From: Lama guanicoe
Lineage: Eukaryota
Direction of reading: 5' to 3'
DNA length: 64,000 bases
Assembly (NCBI GenBank): GCA_013239625.1
Contig: MU053209.1
Location: 10,482 to 74,481 of the forward strand
In this document: piece by piece, positions 52,201-64,000 of the stretch
How the letters are laid out: the number at the start of each line of letters is the position of its first letter
Numbering within the stretch: the stretch's first letter is position 1
The notes under the pieces: generated by a model
What the model saw: the letters and a program-made list of their open reading frames with translations, nothing else
What the model was told of the DNA's origin: nothing
Databases searched by the model: none
Translations under genes and position numbers: made by a program

Positions 52201-54639
52201 GGAATGCAGTAATACAGAAAAGAAATCCCTACCACAAAGCATCCAGTATCAGTGGCACAGGCCATGATGGCTTTGGAAAGTCTTCTCTCTCACCTGGATT
52301 GCCAGGACCAGAGAAACTCAACATCTTTAGGAGCAAGAACAGGAGATTTTACAATATGCTTTATCTTCTTTTGAATAGAATTCTCGATTATAGTATGTCA
52401 CTGTATTGATTTACTTTTGAACCTGTTTTTAATAACCCACTGCAGATGACAGTATGGCCCATCACAGCCACCAGCTCTGTGGGCACTTTGAGCCTAGAAA
52501 CTGGAAGGTAGCCACCTAACTCCTCATAATAAGAGAATCATTTTAAACAGCGAATTGGGTTTTATGAGAAAAGAGAATTTTCAGCTGGAAGTCTCTTACA
52601 TGAAATCTTCTATAAATTAAATTTCTTAATGTGACTCTCTGCTCAAGAGTGAAGGCTAGATAAGACATTCATGAAAAACAATCTAGACCCTTGAGTAAAG
52701 TAATATGTTCAACTCAAAAATGATTAGAGAAAATTATCACAACTATTACAAGATTAAAAATGTTCACATTTCATTTTAAGTATATTTGTATATATTAAAT
52801 ATACATGTATAGTTACATACATTCTATATATGTACAGGCACACTTATACATATGTACAATCTAAATCTGTCTCCATATATGTAGTCTTTTTTTTTTACTA
52901 TTATTTGATTAAAAAATTGAAAGGATCAATTATAAGCTATTCCTACATGTTGTTTGCAAATTTATACTACTACCTATTTTAAAGGTTAAATATGAATCCT
53001 CTCAAAAAAATCCATTGAATCCTTTAAATCTCTGGAATATTTTCAATGACATTTTCTGAAGAGTTGTTTAAGATACTTCTACCAGAATTAAACATGAATT
53101 ATAAGAAACAAAACCATCAGGTCAAAACTAAGTAAGACACTTTAATTACTGCTGGAGGTCTGCAATTCCCAAGCCAAAAAATATTCTGAATTTTCACATT
53201 TCAGATGTATCTACAGTTTTTTTTTTAATGTCAGTGGGCTTATTTGAGATCTTGTTAAAATTAAAGTAACGGCCACCAGCTACAGAGGAACAGTAAATGC
53301 TACAGTAAGTTCAACAGCAGAATGAATGTGCTTGTTGCTGAACGAGGTATTTCAATGGATCAGTAAAAATAAAAGTCAGCCTAACGCTGAAGTCTAACAC
53401 TTCAAGAGCACTGACTTCCCGAGCTCACACTTACTTGTCATGTTTGTTTAGAGATGAATAAATATACCAACACATTCTCAATCAATATTGTTAACACTTG
53501 ACTGACAGACTTGTATTTTATTGAAATGGGAAAACAGGATCGTAATCAATAATGCTAACAGCTGTCTTTGTACTGGGAGGCAAAGGAGCCAAATAGAAAT
53601 ACCATACTTTTCATAAACATGCAGTTTACTGAGTAAAAGGGGAAAACACATTACACAGTGGATAATAACAAAATGTATTTGGAGAAGGCAGGTTTCTAAA
53701 AAAGGGCACTAAGGTTAATGAGATGATATCCCTAAATTTTTGAACTCATTATCATGGGAAGGAATTTTGTGTCTCTCCCACAGAAAATCCTTTCCTATCA
53801 TGGTCACACTACATAAAATTGTACTGGATAATTCTATGAATTATTAATAATGGCTATTATATTAGAAATGTCTAGTTATCTAGAAAAGTCCCTAAGCTCA
53901 AAATACATAAAATTGTTTTAACTTTGCTTAGTATAATGGAGACTTGGTTCCTTTGGATATAAACATAAGGAATCACATTATGAGCTCTGGTCAAGTTAAT
54001 ATAATAAAATCAAATAATAAACAATGTTCATAAGGTAAGAAGTTTATGAAAATCACCATATCAAAAATTTCACTCCAGGAACACGCACATAGACAGACAC
54101 AACCCCACCTTGCTTGGCTAGGGGTTCATAGTTCCCATAATCTATGAGTGAGGTCACTGTGGTTTAAGTGAAGCAAAAGGAAGATAAGAAGGAATCCCAT
54201 CATTTCCAGTCATCTTTTGGACAAAGTCAAAGCAACTGACTGGACTTTGGTCTTTTTCAATCTGTGCTGCCCTGCAGGGTCAGGACTTTATACATCTTGA
54301 GACAAATACTTCTTTTTGTCATCCTGTCATCGGTCTGTTTGGTTTTGCTGAAGTGAGGCAAAGACGCCTTTTATCATGAAGGTCTGTTTGATCTGAGGGG
54401 AGTGCACTTAGCAGGCGGTTAATTCTTCAGAGAGGACTTCCTTCTCGTCAAGCAATGAAAATGTAACCTTGAGAAGTCCTCTGCAAACCTTTCACTCTGC
54501 GTTTTGCTGTGTTTCCTGATAAAGAATACCATAAATTCAATTAACTAGTCGTTCCTCAATCCTCTCTCATTTGTTACTGTATTTTTACTGATTAATGACT
54601 TGGATGAGTCTTAATTCCCTAGGGTATAAAATATATAAC

Positions 54640-54900
54640 AGACTTATTTTCTCCAGCCACTATCTTCAGCTGTGTTCTGACAAACCTCCTTTCCCATCTC
54701 TTAACAACAGCTTGAGTAGGTCTTCTAACTCATTGGTCAAGTCTAATGATTAAAATTTAGCCAACATTTAACCGTCAATCTCAAGACAAGTTCAAATGTA
54801 TCTTTCCCCTCAGTGCAGGCTTCATGTATGAGCTGAGGACTTGGGAGTAGGTGCTGGGGCATGTCCTTATCTTTACATACATTCCCTAACATCTTCTAGG
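54640..54900 (+). mobile_element. Degraded L2 3' fragment
   Basis: 'ctcaagacaagttcaaatgtatcttt', 'ggggcatgtccttatctttac'. Confidence 0.4.
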
Positions 54901-57900
54901 CTCTAGAGAGAGTCCACTATGGAGCGGAGAGGAAGAGGAGGAAAGGGTTAATGTCTCCCAACAAACTGAGTGAAGAAGTAATACGTTTGTTTCCTATTTG
55001 TTTTGTGTTTTGGTTGGTATTTCTCTAACACACTGTTCCTCACCATGGGAGCCACAGTCAGGGAAGACACAGTGCAGGTGTTCAAGTACTGACTGTCTTT
55101 GGTGCATATATATATATATAATAATTATATATATATGCTTCTTCAGGGTACCATGAAAGACCTTTTCATTGCACAATTCTCTGCTATGAGAAGGATGTCT
55201 TAAAATCAACCTCTTACGCCTCCCTTCATCAGTGATGTTGGACAGTCCATTGTGCCACATTTATGGTTGAAATCCTCTACAAAGTGACTACAGCCTAGTT
55301 ACTTTTCATGGTGATCACTCAAGCTACAGGAATAGCACAAATTCTTGACAAGGCAAATCATGAAACTTCAGGCTGTTGCTCCTTCTCTCAGCCCACTTCT
55401 TTCCAATTCGCCTGTACTTGTTCAGGTAACAAACAAAAGCTATGAGTGTACATAATGTCTTACTAGATGCTTGATCCAGGTAAGAAATGCCAACCCTCTC
55501 CTTTTCCAGACACTCCAGCCAACTTTGTGAGTACTCCTCCTCCCTTGGCTTGCAGGATAGGAAACCATCCTTTATTTCTCTCGAGAACACTCCACTACAA
55601 AGATGACCACTTAATTATCTCTCAATCCGCCTTTGTCTGCAATGAACACAGAAAGGAGATTTGCAGGGTAGTTCAGTTGATGCAAACATGGCATAGCCAA
55701 AGTCACTTGTGAAATCCTGGGAGCTGATTGTTTCTTTGTTTCTTTGTTTTTTGTGTTTTGTTTTTTTAACTGTGAGGATCATTTCCCCTCTTTGGGGCTT
55801 AGCCACAATTCCAGGACATTAGGAAATAATTTCACTTAACCTATAATGCAATGATCTTTTTTTTTTTCCCAATCTTCTTCAAATAATCATTGAGCGTCAT
55901 ATGGATAGATATTCCTCAAGCATATTATTCCTCAAAACCATTGGTTTAAAACGTATTCCTACCACTGATATTAGACTCCCCACCTAGTAGATTTTCCAAC
56001 AGTCACAATTACTAGACTGCTTCTTGGCGTACGAGTTTAAGTTGAATCATTGTCAGCGTAAGGGTCAATATTCAACCTAAAACAATGTTTTCCTCCTCAT
56101 AAAAAACCACTTGATATGATTCAAACTATTAGGAGGAATAAAAGGGCCCAAATAAGGACAAACAGAAAAATGAAGAAGTAGATGAACTATATGAACAGGT
56201 GAAATTATGTGTGGCTGCTGTACTGTGTCTTTTATTTTTTGTATGAAGCCCTTTGCTTACTTGTTCCCTGATTTTAAGAAAAATACTCTTTATTTCCATT
56301 ACAAGCAAAACCACACTTGACTACTGTGTCAATGCCCTTGGTACATGAAGAGGAGAATGTGAAAATATTAAGAAGGAATATCAGAGAGGCAGTAAATGAA
56401 GGGCTCAAGATGTGGGAGGGAAAACAGATCTGTTATTTCCTTTTGCTTTCATGGGGCTCACCTCTTGTCCATATGTATGTCCCGTCTTTGCTCCTACACT
56501 CTTTTCTTACATTCCTACCCATCTAAGCAGAAGCCTACATCCAGATATGCAGAACCGTCATTCCCACAATACCTTTGACTACCCGAGAATTTTGAATGCA
56601 TCTATTTTCACATCTCAGAACACGTAAGACCTATTTTATCTGACCCAGAATAACTCTGACTTTTGGATTAACTCTTCACTAAATCTTAACTGTTCTCAGA
56701 TTTATGCTTTTATTAGATTATCTCTTTTGTTTTTCTCAAAGCCCCTTCTATTTCTAATAAAGGGAGCTTTCATTTCCAAATTCCTTTTTGAAGATGTGAA
56801 AGATGCATTTTCTCAAGAGTTATCTGTATCCCAGCAGAGCACTGCCAAATGCTTTCAGGTGGCATACAGGTGGACAAATAATGAATTTATTCACTGTCTT
56901 TATCTTTGCTATTTCATACTGCCCATGTATCATTCAAGGCTCTTAGGTGGATGCGAAAAAAAATGTACTGTGGTTGATTGATGTAAGAAAATATTTTACC
57001 AAAAATAATTGGGAAAATTAATGGATCATTAGAATTTTGGGGAAATCACATCAGAAAAAAAAAGAAATATCAGGCATACAGGTAAGCTAGCCAGCCAGAA
57101 TTACCAACAGAGACACATCAGAAAACAAGTGCCGCGAGGATTCTGTTTCAGCTGCTGTAGCTGTTGAACCACCTCCCACAGAGGACACCACTGCCACCTC
57201 GACTCAAAATGCACCTCCTCGTGTGTGCGGCATCGCATGCTGCTCTCATCACTGCCTCACACACGGTGAGTTCTCCTGGAGAGACTCAGCGCCAGATCAG
57301 AAGCCCAGTTCAGGTGCCTCAACCAGCAAGATGCTTGAGGGCTGGGAAAGCACTTCTGATTCCTGTGGCACAAGATGTATCCTGTCTACCACCAAGACCC
57401 ACAGTGAGAGGAAGGCCCTCAGAACAAGAAGGGATTATACATGACGGACAGACAAAAGCTGTAAAATGCAAAAAAAAAAAGGACTTATTTTTCACTAGGG
57501 TACCAAGAGAAAATGTCCTTTATAGATCAGTTTATTCAGATTAAAACATGACTTCATTTACAAAATATAAATAACAATTATGCTGGCACACCCGTGTGGC
57601 AGTATTTGTGAGGTGGTACTGAAATGCTTGGATTTTGAGTGAAAATGATGGATCACTCTGGCACCCCATGCTTTCAAGTCTACTGCTTGATTTATCAGGA
57701 GCATAGGGGTTTCGGTCCTGTGCTTGTAGCGACTGCATCTTGGTTAATTCTCTTTTTTTCCCCTCTGTAGGTTTATCTAAACTGGGTTAAGATGTTAATT
57801 TGAAGAATTCTGAGTTCTGCATCCTTAAACCTCAAAGCCTCACACGGACAGTATAATGATGTTTTTAAAAGCCAGGTAGGTCATTGCAGAAACGTATGTA

Positions 57901-58969
57901 AGTAATGACTGAGATAAAAGATATGCCGTGACTTTAAAATATATGTAATGTTGAACATTCAAACTGCTGTACTAGCACTCAGTTCTAGTTCATAAATACT
58001 CAGTGAGTCAAAGTGATCTTAGGCATGTCAAACACATAACAACTGAACAGAAAAGCTACGCAGTCTGCCTTATGTTTCATTGAGGAATGTGGGAGACCAT
58101 TCTTATCGAGCATAACTTAAGAATACTGGATGGTAAAAATAGAGGTATACATGTATCTATAACCACAAATAGCATTTTTTCACATTACCAGTTACAGAGG
58201 ATTTGGGAAATACATAAAAGAGTCGAACAGATGGACGCTGATTATCAGCTTTCTTCCTGAAAAGGCGTTTGAGTGCGTGACCACAGCTAGATTTCAGTTT
58301 ATTACACCCTGCCTCCTCACATCCCAGGTGCCAGCTGGGGCTAGAGTCTTCCAGCTGACCCTAACCCAATCAGCGGCCAGAATCGCTCCATCACCCTCTA
58401 CTTTCTCTAGTAGTGAATCAGCTATAGTTTGGTACCTTAAGCTGCTTATGGAAACCCATCCCACGCCAAGTGTGTGTATTGTGGAAGCCAGAGGAAGACG
58501 GAGGAGGGTGTCTGTATCCTGCAGGTAGCCTATCCTACAAACAGAAGTAAAGAATTTCTATTTTATATTCATAGGCCTTGTTGCCAATATTATTGATCAG
58601 ATCAGTGTGACTGTGTCTAATGATGTGAGATAAAGAAAAGGATCAGAAATATAACTAATATATTTTCCCCACAAAGCAGATAACTCTTCCCAGAATTAGG
58701 AAGACAAGAGAACGGCCTTCTTAATACTGCTCAGCTTTGGTCCTCTCAACCCATCAGGCTTAGCAGCTCAGGCTGCTGTGGACCCTTGGAAGAAGAGAGC
58801 AGAAATATTTAATGCAAGTGTGCTCTCGTTTTCATGAGACTACTCCCAAAGCCAACCACAGTTCCTTCATGCATCTTCCAGAAACCACTGTTGAGCAGGA
58901 CAGTTCTTGCCCTAGAAAGGACTGATCTATTGTATCAATTAAATTAACTTTAAGGCCAAGCTGCCCTGA

Positions 58970-59123
58970 GGGCTGGAGCTTCATTTCATCTTCTATTACT
59001 CATTTCAGATGATGTCCAGCCAAATTGTCCAATACAGCTCCCCACTGTGGGCTGGAGCTTCATTTCCTCTTCTATTACTCATTTCAGATGATGTCCAGCC
59101 AAATTGTCCAATACAGCTCCCCA
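58970..59123 (+). repeat. Tandem duplication, period 79 bp, 2 copies
   Basis: 58970-59044 vs 59049-59123, one mismatch. Confidence 0.97.
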
Positions 59124-59183
59124 GCCGTTATGTAATGGCAAAAATCAGCGATGTAAGCCTGATAGAATGTAGTCAATGGAACC

Positions 59184-59604
59184 CCTTTTTAAAATCAAAT
59201 ATCTAGGGAGACACTGAAGTCCAATAATAATTAGCCTTTTCTTGCAAGATAAAACTTCAACAAATAAATGTGTTTCTTTTCAACCCATTTTCCTAATTCT
59301 AATCAATCTTGGCCATTAGCTGTCAGTCAGATACCTGAATGGAATCAAGGTTGATCACCAGCTTTATTGATCATTTTTGGCTTAAGATTTTGAACCTTTT
59401 TAAAATCAAATATCTAGGGAGACACTGACGTCCAATAATAATTAGCCTTTTCTTGCAAGATAAAACTACAACAAATAAATGTGTTTCTTTTCAACCCATT
59501 TTCCTAATTCTAATCAATCTTGGCCATTAGCTGTCAGTCAGATACCTGAATGGAATCAAGGTTAATCACCAGCTTTATTGATCATTTTTGGCTTAAGATT
59601 TTGA
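59184..59604 (+). repeat. Tandem duplication, period 211 bp, 2 copies
   Basis: 59184-59393 vs 59395-59604, three mismatches. Confidence 0.97.
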
Positions 59605-62600
59605 GAGTTAATTCGGAATCTTTAACATGTTCATAGTTTCAAGAGGCCAAAAAGGTGATCACACATATAGGATTATTAGAGCTCACAAAATTATAAGTTT
59701 ACAAGAAAACCCCCAGGACCTACGTACAACACTTACCCTAGGAAAAAGCAGTGCTTCCGTTTCTTAGTACATAGTGTAATCCAGAATCACATTGCTTACT
59801 CTTGTTGAAAAATGAAAGAAAAAGTAAGAGGGTCAGAAGTTTCTAAGGGATAAAGAGGAGCAAAGAAAACTTGGGAGACAAAAAAAAAATTTTCCTTGCA
59901 ATTAGCCTCACCAGGATTTTAGTCTAGTGCAATCATCAAAATCCAATGAACCTAACACAATTGTGAGACATCCTCCCCTGTCAAGTGGTTGCTTACGGTG
60001 CCAAGATCAACATATCTGAGAGAAAATCTGTCTGTGCTTTCTGCCTTCTTTCATAGAAAGTAACATCCAGCACATTTGTGTCTTCTCAGAAAATTCTGGA
60101 AAATTGCAATGATAACCCTTCTGTCAACTGCTTACAGGTGGAATCCTCCTCGTGCCACCTATTTAAAATCTCTTCCTTCATCTTCCTCCTTTGAACCCTT
60201 TTGTGGACATTCCAATCCTGCCTGAAAAGAGGGCTTTCCCTGAGGCCACCTCCTCTCTCTAAAGAGCAGAACTTGGGGAGGCGTGCTTTTGACACTGAGT
60301 TTTGCTATCATCTGCCACTTGCTCAAAACATTTTAAAACTCAAAACGTCTTTGGTGTGGTTTTCTCATTGTGCTGACATTTCCTTCTGGTAGAGAACCAC
60401 CCGTCATAGAATCCTCAGCTGAAGCTTCTTTATTAAACATTTTGAAGATGGCTTCCCTGGGGTTCTAGTGAGGACACACACCTCTGCTATGTGCCTCACC
60501 CCCCGCCTCCAGAGAAGAAGAAAGTTTCCTTACAATCTTCAGTTTCCCCAGAACTGAGTAACTGGCTAACTTCAATGACAGCAGAAACACGTTTACTGCC
60601 CAAAATGCACTGCCCTCCCGGTTTCCATTTTTCTACTGTTCTACCCACACCTCTGTCTAGAAAACTCAGTTGTGTTTCTAAATTTTATAAACTCCTTAAT
60701 TCAGTCTCTTTTCTTTTCTACTAAGTGTAGGGCTGCTTCTGTTGACTGGAGCTAAGTACTCATTTGTTTCCCCTTTTCTTGTCCTTTTATTCATCATCCA
60801 GATATTTTTTTCCCGAGTATACTTTTCTAGAGGTCGGAGGATGTAGAGTTTACCGACATTATCCATTTTTCAAATGCATTCAACTCCCCTGATTTGTGTA
60901 GCTCCATCAACGAAACTCAGCAGACCCGAGGTCACACACGGGCCTGGATTTAATGTGTCAGTAGCATCCCTGGGGCTCCTGCAGCACACCTCACTTTGGC
61001 AGTGATTCCTCCCCTCAGTGCTCCAGCTCCATTCTGTTTCTGGCCATGGTCTATTTGTGCCAGCGTCACCTCCTGTAGTAACTCTGTTACCTGGAAACTC
61101 AGTCAATAAACCTCACATACACTCCCTCAGTTCTCTCAAAATTTTATCTCTGCACTTTCACATAGCTTTAGCGAGAGCATTTCCCATCTGCTCATGGTAG
61201 TGATTCCCTATCTGTAGCTTAAAAAAAAATTGGCCATTACAGTTTCTGAGTTTTCCCTGGATCCTTTCAATTCAAAACTGTGCTCAGAACTTCTGTATTA
61301 AAAACCCATCACATGCTAGCTGGATATGAGTGGATGATCAAAGGTTTTAAGACATACAACTTTCTCCCTTTCTCCCTTAAAACAAGATATCCATATTCTC
61401 TTGATCTCATATAGAGTTTGAAATAATATAAGAGGAAGAAAATTAGAAGCTGTTAACCTGATACCATTCGCAGATGCCTACCACTAGAAATTTATAGCTA
61501 CACTGTTCATCTGTATCTCACGTACAAGTTGCTGGCCTACATTCCAAGTGGAAAGGCACAATTCAGCACAGAAATTAGGGATTAAAAGACAGCTCTTTGT
61601 AGACTGTTTAACCCTGTGCTACTTGTAGGTAGGCAAATGCCAACAACCAAGGCAACTGTTAGGTACCAAGACCCTGGAATATGGTACCAGCTGAAAAAAT
61701 AACCACATGATGATGGGGAACAGCCACAAAGTGGTTTTATCTTGTCAAGTAAAAGCTTGAGCTCACAGATGTTTCCTTCATTAATGGCTACATTTTGATC
61801 TATATACATATCACTCCATTTGCTCTGCTTGCTAAATATACGGCCCACTCTATTTCTTATCACTTTCCAGACAAAGCATCATTTGTGGTGAATAACTGAT
61901 CGTGTTTTCAACTACTGATAGGGCTTGTGCTAATGGAGAAACATGTACACATGTACCGACACAGAATTATAAGAGATCAATAAACATGTTAGCTTTAGTA
62001 TTTTACAAACTGAATTAAAAAATTAAATCTATGATTACAGTTGGGTTTCTTAATATTGTCTCCATTCTTCATGGCAGAGTGTTTCAATACATCACCTGAG
62101 GGAGGTAACTACCTAGCCATCTACAGAGCTGAGAGCTTAATGTAAAAGGCTATGGCTTATGCCAGCCAAGCTCCAGTAATCAAGAACACAGACGGATCTG
62201 AGTCCCAACTAGATGTAGCATGGAGACTGAGGGGAAGGGAGGACGATGTCTCCCCTCTTGCGTGTGTTCAGCCTGCATGGAGGGAAAATGGAGCGTAGGG
62301 CAGGCAGACAGAAACCATTTACACCATCGCCATAGACAAAGCCTTTTTCTTTGGAAAAAAGAAAGAGGAATGCGTGAGTGTGCAGGTCAGAAGCGTTCAT
62401 TCATGGACGACGTGGGAACAGCTTGTGTGTTTGCATATTTACTCTCTTCTAGGACAAGACAGGAAAGACAGGCCTTCAACCCCCTCTGCTGTTCTGTGTG
62501 CGCTGCTTAAAAGAAGACTCAGGAGCGTGGTGTCACCAAAAACGGTGCAGTAGGGCAGCCCAAGGCCTGTCCCTCTGCGAAAGGAACTGGTGGCAAAAAC

Positions 62601-62619
62601 CAAGACTTAGCTTTTACTC

Positions 62620-62890
62620 TGCAATCGGCCAAGAATGGAAGCTCACCAGGGGAAGATGGGGTGGAAACAGAAGCCGCTGCTTTGTGACGCCGCCGTCCCC
62701 AGGCCTCCTCTTGGCCGCAGCCACCGGCTCGGCCGCCCACACCGCTCCTGGTGCCTCTGGTGCCCGCGGCTGGCGCCGCAGCTGGCAACCCAGACTCTGC
62801 TCCCAAGGACACGTGCTTGTTCATGTTGACCTGTCTAGTGGCCACCCGAGGGACAGGAGCCGGGGCTGGCCTCTGTTCAGCCCGTCTCAC
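62620..62890. promoter_or_regulatory. Small CpG-island-like element
   Basis: The most GC/CpG-rich stretch of the window. Contains TGACG, CAGCTG and CACGTG motifs. Confidence 0.45.
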
Positions 62891-63499
62891 AGTGTTCTCA
62901 GAGCTGTGTGGCTTTCTGGAGGTCATTTCCCAAAATCACTGGAGGCGCAAGAACTGGCCACAGCAGACAAGGACGAAAGCAAGATGAGCGCTAGACAGAA
63001 TATAAAGAGAATTCTGAAGCAAGTTCAGTAAAGGGATAAAACTGGCCAAAAAAGAGCCTTAGTGGACATACTTTGTGATCAGAATCTATAGATTACTGTA
63101 ACCTACTTAGTTGTAATTTCAAATAGGACAGCTTCCCTGTAAGGCATTATCTGAAAAACTCATGCATGGACCCACGCAAGGCTGGCTGGGTAGATGGGTG
63201 GAATGAAAATGTTCAATATTCATGATTGCTTACAATTAGATTTTTATTTATCTTTTGTCCATATTTCTGTTTTTAATATATAGCTCCATAACAGAACCAT
63301 AAGACCGTCTTCTACTACCTTTAGGATAGCCAAGCAGTCAATATGGTGTGTTTTATACGTATCACTGTATAATACTTGTATAGAGACAGGAAAATTATTT
63401 TAATTATGATTTTGTACTGATTTTTCTTTTTCTAAGTAATAGTTTTAAGTCATGAAAATATACAGTGGAATATTTACCATTATAAGATAGGGCTAGTAA

Positions 63500-63690
63500 T
63501 CATAAATATGTCTTTATTATATCTTCACAATGATCTATGATGTATGTATTCCTGGACATATGCCACAGATGAGGAAGCTAAAGTTCAGAACGTATAAGAA
63601 GAAATCAAAAATAAATCAACCAGGATCATAATGTAGCTCTACCTCGATTTAAAAGTAGCTTTAACAGAATTTAAAACCAGGTCTGTCTTT
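63500..63690 (-). mobile_element. MIR SINE
   Basis: 'tcttcacaatgatctatga...acagatgaggaagctaaagttcaga...atttaaaaccaggtctgtct'. Confidence 0.7.
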
Positions 63691-64000
63691 TTTTTGGGGG
63701 GGTCAGGATATTTTTATACACTATCTCCGTAAATAAAACAATAATTAAGAAGTTGATGAACAAATATCGTAGCAGCATTAATTGGTGTTGCTTGAAGTTT
63801 GTATCAAATGCTTTTTTATTGTATTATGTTTTCATGCCAGTTTCACTCATGTCCACAATTTATAAATTAAATAAAATTAGAGAAACACTTAGGACAAAAA
63901 TACTAATATATCTAGGAAGTTTAAATCTCTCTGTAACAAAGTAAAGTGCTTGAAAGTGAAAAATTAAGATGAAACTCGATGCTATAGATATTCAAACGCA

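Noticed and set aside
55104..55138. (TA)n near-palindrome able to form a hairpin
   Set aside because: Self-complementarity is inherent to AT microsatellites; short.
58970..59604. CRISPR-like array
   Set aside because: Two-copy head-to-tail duplications without spacers in mammalian DNA.
62498..63031. 177-aa and 135-aa overlapping ORFs
   Set aside because: Explained by stop-codon scarcity in GC-rich DNA; no recognisable domain or exon boundaries.

Overview
AT-rich mammalian genomic DNA with two N-gaps (13066-13557, 47784-47879). It is most likely camelid: there are two tRNA-derived SINEs of the Vic-1 type and cetartiodactyl-type L1 3' ends, and I saw no BovB/Bov-A or PRE-1. I recognise no intact protein-coding gene. 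The ORF track is mostly noise, apart from frame fragments of an old, full-length processed HSPA8 (HSC70) pseudogene at ~7843-9960. The rest is interspersed repeats (L1, L2, MIR, MER2B, MER20, a MER41-like solo LTR), several tandem duplications, and unique segments that look like the 5' region of an unidentified minus-strand gene. That region has a CCAAT/GT-box/CRE/TATA promoter with a first exon (~11245-11084), a 129-nt exon (10703-10575), and further candidate first exons ending at 24295 and 31506. The most unusual signals are a 380-bp gap-adjacent duplication whose differences are almost all A/T->G/C, similar GC-shifted patches inside old transposons, an old diverged ~195-bp local duplication, and a twin-primed L1. 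I found no evidence of a novel coding system. Repeat family names and consensus comparisons are from memory, and repeat boundaries are approximate.
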